64,000 nucleotides of DNA from Diplonema japonicum (taxonomy: Eukaryota > Protista > Euglenozoa: Diplonemea), in NCBI GenBank assembly GCA_964019335.1, contig OZ025668.1, positions 372,001-436,000 on the forward strand, written 5' to 3'. How positions within the stretch are numbered: the stretch's first letter is position 1; every line of letters begins with the position of its first letter. The notes beneath the pieces were generated by a model that did not search any database, was not told the DNA's origin, and saw only the letters and a program-made list of their open reading frames with translations. Made by a program: the position numbers and the translations under genes. Shown piece by piece: positions 57,813-64,000 of the stretch.

Positions 57813-58769
57813 CTAGTACCCCACCATGTCGCTCTGAAGTACTTGCAGCCTCTTGTTGATTACCGCAAGCTGCCCATGGTACGGCTGAGTAGTCGACAGC
57901 ATTGGTGATGTTACCCGCAAGAAGGGGATGAGGAGCTCAAGTGCAAGAGACACACCTTCCTCAGACAGCTCCACAAGGCTGTGCATGCACTCCATCACAG
58001 GGTCCCCTTCCACAAGGCCCTTCAGGTACAGTTGTCCGATGAACCCCAGAACGTTCCCCATCCTGTTCTTGTCCATCACCACACCGTACCCACCTGAGCC
58101 TGAGTCGCTTTTGCTGTCATCCTTGAACTGCACAGCCTGCATGATGTTGCCAAGCCCCTCCTTGCACACGCATCGCAGGCCACGTTTGAAGTCCCCACCA
58201 AGGCCGTTCCCCCAGCCCCCGATCCCTTGGCACAGCCTCGCGCATGCCTTCGCGAAGTCCTTGTCATCGCTGCAGTGCTTGAACACAACAGCCGCAAGCT
58301 CCAGCATGCGCATGCCGCTCTCTTGCACCACATGGCGGATGGCCTCAAGCTGTTCTTCGTGGCGCATCTCCCTCCTTGCCAGTATCTCCGTCAGTTTTGC
58401 GGAAGTTGGCATTCGTGTGTGTTCCCTCCTGCAAGAGCACTTCACAGCACTGGGCTGTGCGATCTTCCCGCAGTCAAGACAGCGGCCTTTGAGGATGCGC
58501 GGGCGGTGCTGCGGCTCCATCTTGGGGACAGCGATGACACCACGCTTGTTGTTGAGGCAGGGGAGGGACGGGGTGGGGGCTGCACCCCATTGCGCGAGGT
58601 CTTGGGTGTCTACGGGAGGTGCCTCGAGTGGGAAGGACGGGAAGTACGGAGGCTGGGCATATTCAGAAGGACAGTACGGGTAGGGATAGGGGTACATTGG
58701 GTGCGGACACCCGAAGTAGGGGATAGGCATTCCATGCATAGGATTAAAATAATAATCTGCGTGTGTCAT
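57813..58769 (-). CDS. divergent MIF4G-like protein (paralog C)
   Basis: Core nearly identical to paralogs A and B; distinct Pro/Tyr N-terminus. Confidence 0.78.
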   Translation of the reverse strand: MTHADYYFNPMHGMPIPYFGCPHPMYPYPYPYCPSEYAQPPYFPSFPLEAPPVDTQDLAQWGAAPTPSLPCLNNKRGVIAVPKMEPQHRPRILKGRCLDCGKIAQPSAVKCSCRREHTRMPTSAKLTEILARREMRHEEQLEAIRHVVQESGMRMLELAAVVFKHCSDDKDFAKACARLCQGIGGWGNGLGGDFKRGLRCVCKEGLGNIMQAVQFKDDSKSDSGSGGYGVVMDKNRMGNVLGFIGQLYLKGLVEGDPVMECMHSLVELSEEGVSLALELLIPFLRVTSPMLSTTQPYHGQLAVINKRLQVLQSDMVGY

Positions 58770-59303
58770 TGGAGATAAAACTTAAATAAAGCAAAATATA
58801 ATTCACCACGTAAGCAACGGTCACCTGAAGATAAAAAGAAGGAACTGAGCATCAAACTGAAGGAAGAAATACTTAAAATTCGATAAAGTTTCAGTGTGCA
58901 GGGAGTGCTCACTGTTAAAAAAAGAACAGAGAAAAGGAAACACTCCAAAAGAAAGGGTGTCCTAACGGCAAAGACAGAGAGAGCCAACGAAAGAAAAGAA
59001 GGGACAGGGGGGGGGAAAAAAGAAATACTGGTATAGTTAGGTTAACAGCTTTTTTTTCTTTCTTCCAGTCCCCTTCCCCTTTCCAATGCAGCGTGTTGCT
59101 ATAGAATAGTAAAATAGAAGGGATTCCCGTGCAAAGCTATTTGCCCCCCCTTTTTTTTGCGCCGGGAAAAAAAAAAAAACCAGGAAGGAAGAAGAAGTAC
59201 AAGAGAAAAAAAAAACGCTCCATATCTCTAGAGGGGGGGGGGGGGGGGGGGGTCAAGGATTTAGAGAAACGAGTCGTTTAACAAAAACCCCCCCTAACTA
59301 TAT

Positions 59304-60053
59304 TCATTTTATTTTTTTCTGCGTGTCCAGACCCTTCGCCAACAGGCTGAAAAACCTGGGAGAGAGCTCTGGGAGCAGGTGAGCGAGCTTCGTCGGGTTG
59401 AGGTACTGCGGAGGCAGCGAAAGAAGGAGCAGCAGAGGCTGGGGAGACGCCAGACCGTCAGAAACCAAAGACACGGACAATGTGTGGAGGGAGGTAACAA
59501 TACAAGTGAAAGTCCTGACACCGAGGACCTGGTAGTGATGCAGCTGATGCAGAAAACGCATTGAGTTCTTATCGCCCAAGGTGACAGTGGCAGTTGGGTC
59601 AGAGGTCAGGTTTTCAATGAGGCGCTCGTACTCTTGTTGGCAGGTTCCTAACAGTTGCTTTCGAAAGTCGCAGAGAGAGTTCCCTTCTTCACAGAGGTCC
59701 TTGCACAACCTGGCGTACAATGAAACACGTAGAATGTCTATGTTGCTTTGCTTCACGATAAGCTGGGTCAGTTCGCTAGCGCTCACAGCAGATTCCCGGT
59801 AAAGACCCACGACTTCTTCACGTAAGGCGTCATATCGATTCGCGGATATTTTATTCAACAATCCTACAATCTTATTCCCCTTCCCCATCTCGGTGTGCGG
59901 CAGTTTTTCAACTGACACGGCATCGTCGCTGCTCTCCTCAGACGGCATCACACAGCCCATTACTGGTGCCGAATAGTAGTAAGGCCAGTAATAACTGCTG
60001 TACGGCATCACCATCCCATAGGGATGATAAGCAGTATATGGGATAGGGTACAT
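59304..60053 (-). CDS. MIF4G-domain protein with Tyr/Pro-rich N-terminus
   Basis: IVGLLNKIS...YD.L, LYARLCKDL, FRKQLLGTCQQEYE, MRFL.QL; start MYPIPY after poly(A). Confidence 0.82.
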   Translation of the reverse strand: MYPIPYTAYHPYGMVMPYSSYYWPYYYSAPVMGCVMPSEESSDDAVSVEKLPHTEMGKGNKIVGLLNKISANRYDALREEVVGLYRESAVSASELTQLIVKQSNIDILRVSLYARLCKDLCEEGNSLCDFRKQLLGTCQQEYERLIENLTSDPTATVTLGDKNSMRFLHQLHHYQVLGVRTFTCIVTSLHTLSVSLVSDGLASPQPLLLLLSLPPQYLNPTKLAHLLPELSPRFFSLLAKGLDTQKKIK

Positions 60054-60823
60054 TTTTTTTTTTTTTTTTTTTTTTTGCTTTGTTTTGAGTGAAATAAATT
60101 GGAAAGGGAGTGGAAACAATAAAAAAAGGCCCCCAACGAGAGAAACAAAAAGAAAATGCATTGCGAGGGGGGGGGGGGGGGGGGGGGGAGAAGCATAAAA
60201 AAGGTGTAGAAAAAATGTATAAAGGCGCAAATAGAATTTTTTTTTTTTTACTTGCCATTATGACCCGGGCAGTGAGAAAAAAAAAGAAAAAAAAAGAAAA
60301 AAAAAGCAAAGTAATTAAAAGCGACTTTTTGTTTCTTCTTCTTCTTTTTTTTGAACGTTAATTTCTTCGTTTTTTTTTTATTTTTTTATTTTATTTTATT
60401 TGGTGCTCCCTCAAGTGAACTGGAAATATCTGCAGGGAAAAAGAAAAAGAAAAAGCCTTTGAAAAATTTTCCCCACCCTACCACTTCTTGCAAATTGCAA
60501 ATTACACGTATTTAGTATGGTGTTCTTATATTTCTTTTTATTCAAATGCAAAACAACTTAAAAGGTTAAAAAAAGATTATTCGTTGTGCCAGTTTACTTA
60601 TGCTCCTTACTCGAGCGAAAAACTGACGGCAAAAAGATTTGCCACATTATATCTTCTTTTTACCTTCACTACACTAGAGACGAACCTAAGCCAATTAAAA
60701 AAAAAAAAAAAAAAAGAAACCCCTCTTTTCTTTTCGTTCTCTATTTTTTTTTTTTTTTTTTTTTTAAACAACTAACCCCAACGGACAAAAAAAAACGGAC
60801 AAGACACTTCGGCCGTATACTGT

Positions 60824-60858
<35 letters not shown>

Positions 60859-61067
60859 GACCCTTGAAAAAGCTCCTGTTTTCTCAGTTTTTTTTTTTTT
60901 TTTCCCGGGGTCAATGAAAGAAATAACTGGGGGACTTAACCAAAAACTTTCCCTTTTTCGCACAAAAAAAAAAAAAAAAAAAAAAAAAAACAATGAGTGA
61001 ATGTGTATTTTCTTTTTTTAAAAAAGGGGGATACGAAAAAAAAAGGGGGGGTGACTGTGTATTAAGT

Positions 61068-63147
61068 TCATTCAGGCGAAACCTTGTCGCTGAAGCATGC
61101 ATCGCACACACGCTCAGGCTGCTTAGAATTCCTAAGAGATATTGTGTGCGAAGAACATTTATAGCAGAAAACAAAGCCACAGGCGCGGCAGTGGTGCTTG
61201 CGGAGGATCAAAGAAAATGCCGCACTGCAGTTATTGCATGTCAAGGCAGAGCTGTCCTCCTGCCACTGGATCCCTCCGCTCCCGTATCCAGCATTTGCTG
61301 CCCCACCAGACCCACCCAGCACAGACGGAAGCAACCCTCTCCCAAAGCTACCGTTGCTTACAGGTGCTGATGTTCCAGCAGATGCACCAGGATACCCTCC
61401 TTGTCTCTGTTGTGTTTGCTGTAAGATGTGGCTTGGCGCGCTGCTGCCGCACGCTGAACACCTGAAAGGGGTTGGATGGTCAAATTAATTATTCATTACC
61501 TTGAGCTGGACTCTTCGTTTGCAAGTGTGCACTGGCCGCACTCCCAACCGTCTGGCACCGCGAGCAAAGCCTCCCTCTCCACTACCTTGGCGGGCTGTGA
61601 GGGATGGTGTTGGTTATTTTGTTTACACACCTTGCCCATCCCGCACATCTCACACACAGAGCTTGATTTCTTCGACACAAAAGTGCACGCTTCGCACTGC
61701 CACTCGTTGGGCCCCACTGCTGGCTCCTCTTGACGCGCGGGCTGCGGTGCCGGAGCAGGGGGGGCGTAGCGCGGCGACGGCGGGCGGTTCTTCGGGTTCG
61801 AGCAGAGCTGAAGAGGGTTCTGAGTTTCTTCTATAAACATACCTGACACGCATAACCAGTATTCCCTGCATGGCTGCACTTCTGACACACCCACGTGTCG
61901 AACCCTGTCCTTGGCCCTGTAGCTGGCGCTGCCACTGGCTGGACGTCTGCCGGACGCGGCGTCTCGCAAGCACTGCAGGAGGAGGACGACAGAGCGTTCT
62001 CCAAAGTGCATGTCCTGCAGGCCCACACATTAGGGTTGTGCATGGCTGGCTGTGTCGGCTTTGGGGGTTCGCTGTACCCGCCCTGCCTTGACTTCTGCAG
62101 TTCGTCCTTGACACGCATCATCTCCTGCTTCAGCTGTGCTATCTCAGACTGCTGTGCGTTGTCTTTTAGTGCCCCGTACCCGCCAGTGCCCATGCTGACC
62201 CCTGCCGCACCCATCCCGACACCAGCACCACTGTGGTCACCATTGTACGTACCAAGCGCCGTACCCATGCCCAGCCCCGTGGAGCCCGCACCCACGCTCG
62301 GTACACCCAGACCGCTCGTGAGCCCAGAGCCTCCTGTTGCAGTTGCACCCGGCATCCCAGCTATCCCCATACTCAAGCCACTGGGGGTAGCTGTAGTGTT
62401 GATGCCAGGTGTGGCAAGCGGCATGGTGCCTGTAGAATTATGGACATCGGGTGCGAGCCCAGCACCATGGCTGAGAGGTGTTGTGGATGCAGGCATGCTG
62501 TAGTTAGTGGCTGTCGCTGTAGCCGGTGTTGTGGATGCAGGCATGCTGTAGTTAGTGGCTGCTGTAACTGGTGCTGGTGTTGTGGATGCAGGCATGCTGT
62601 AGTTAGTGGCTGTTGTTGTAGCTGGTGTTGCGGACGCGGGCATGCTGAGGCCCGTGGCTCCTGCTGTGGGGTAACCTGCAGTTGTAGGCGTGCTGTAGTT
62701 AGTAGGGGCGGGGGCTATCCCAGCCGATGCATGCATATTAAAGCCCGGAGTACCTGCTCCACCGGCTGTGGGTGCAGGCAAACCAACAAGGGGAGTTGTG
62801 GATGCAAACACACCTGTAGTAGCCATACCACCTGTTCCAGCAGGTGAAGGCACACCCATGGACGCAGGCACCGTCGGGTTGGTTACAGTGGAGGGAGGCA
62901 TGCTGTAGCCATTAGGTATGCTGTAGCCGGGGGCTGTAGGAGTTGTAGAAGTAGTGCTAAACCCAGTTGTAGCAGTGGGCATGGTGTAGGCGCCTGGCGT
63001 ACTCCCCATGTTCGCTGGTGTGGGGTGGGAAACTGGCGCCGGGGTTGGGTTCACCGCTGCAGCAGTTGGCGTAAGGCCAAAAATATCATCAAGAGTAGCC
63101 CCCCCGGACTGCGCGGGGGCTGCTACCACCGGCTGCGGTGCGTACAT
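61068..63147 (-). CDS. RanBP2-type zinc finger (x4) plus C-terminal FYVE domain protein, 3 exons
   Basis: W.C..C...N/S......C..C repeats; FYVE WQED...C..C...F....RKHHCRACG.VFC..CS...RVCDAC; introns 61808-61842 and 61462-61499; T/P/G low-complexity N-terminus with NYSMPASTTP repeats. Confidence 0.85.
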
Positions 63148-63520
63148 TGGTTGTTGTTTTCCTCTTCTTTTTTTCTTTGTGTGTTTCTTTTTTTTTTTCT
63201 CCTTCTTGTGTTGTATTCGCGGCGGCATGGGCGATGGCTTTGAGATATAAAAGGTGGTGGTTGAGATGGGAGTGGGAATGTGTAAAGAAAGAAAAAAAAA
63301 ATCACTATGATAGGAAGCGAAGTGGTTAGCAACGGCCCACCACCACAAAAAAAAAAAAATTCTTTATGACTATATGTCTTTGTTGTTCGCACGAGCAAAA
63401 AAGGTTTTTAAAAAGCTGCGAAAGTTTTTTGCTCGGCACAAGTTGCATATAGTTATAAAATCATTTTTTGAAAGATAAATATTTGTAACAAAAAAAAAAA
63501 AAAAAGACATTTACAAAAAA

Positions 63521-63563
63521 GATGTCTTTGAGGGAACCTGCAGTATGTGACAGGATCGCCTAA
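63521..63563. repeat. dispersed palindromic short element, copy 5, at the end of the recombinase-like ORF
   Basis: GATGTCTTTGAGGGAACCTGC-AGTATGTG-ACAGGATCGCCTAA, starting 11 bp after the ORF stop codon on the minus strand. Confidence 0.85.
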
Positions 63564-63574
63564 CGACAATCAAC

Positions 63575-64000
63575 TCATCTAGTGTTTGATCCCTTCTGTC
63601 GTGGTAGTGCCTTAGGCCCGTCGTAGTATCTTTTCAGCAGCTTGGGCGTGAAACCAACTAGCGAGTTGTTGAGGATGCAATGAGTTCGTAACTGTTCCTC
63701 TAGGATAGGGTGGGTGACCTTCGGGGTTGCGAAGACCGGACGAGTGGAGTACCCAGTGATGGGTTGGCTGTGGAGCCCTAGGGTACGCAAAGAGTGTACT
63801 GATTTCCTAGGTTCTGCTGGAATCAGGTGACTCCCCGTGCCTTTTTGGTGAATCCTGTCCAAAACTCTTAGGATTCCGCCGATTTTTCTTGCCCAGCTCG
63901 CTAGGTCTTCACCCTCCATGTGGATCCTTTCTGTTGCAATTAGGTCGACCGCAAGTTCCGCCTTGGACACCTGCCCACCGTCCTTGCCCCACTTGAGGGC
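63575..64000 (-). mobile_element. C-terminal part of a putative tyrosine recombinase (YR transposon: DIRS/VIPER/TATE/Crypton-like), truncated by the window edge
   Basis: Frame stays open to the edge (ALKWGKDGGQVSKAEL...). ITGYSTRPVFAT resembles box II (GHSxRxGxAT), HSLR is also present, and LVGFTPKLLKRYY resembles the G(H/W)...RY catalytic-Tyr segment. Confidence 0.5.

Noticed and set aside
54078-58778. Repeated plus-strand ORFs over the MIF4G-like paralogs
   Set aside because: Antisense shadows, repeated only because the sense genes are near-identical.

Overview
Eukaryotic nuclear DNA, most likely euglenozoan. About 24 host genes all lie on the minus strand, as in a polycistronic gene cluster, yet several carry short GT-AG introns, which fits a diplonemid-like organism better than a kinetoplastid (inference). 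Intergenic DNA is rich in A/T/G/C homopolymers. Genes: CAMK-like kinase, kinesin, P/U-type cyclin, four-domain EEEE Ca2+ channel, TM-PH protein, 10-exon EDC4-like protein, two tandem secreted WSC proteins, RBM25-like protein, TRAF-like RING-MATH protein, MFS transporter, YghU-type GST, isovaleryl-CoA dehydrogenase, CEP76, Rnl5/DRB0094 RNA ligase, five small MIF4G proteins and a RanBP2-ZnF/FYVE protein. Mobile DNA: a decayed piggyBac with intact TIRs and TTAA sites, three Crypton-like hairpin elements, and a probable tyrosine-recombinase ORF cut by the right edge. Strongest leads: (1) WSC proteins whose predicted mature N-terminus is His, a possible copper histidine brace with variation clustered in that domain; (2) a ~35-45 bp palindromic site next to the recombinase ORF that recurs as four solo copies, two absent from paralogous DNA; (3) an RNA ligase with a possible optional mitochondrial presequence; (4) a tandem pair of covarying RNA hairpins. 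Exon models were read by hand and need RNA-seq confirmation.
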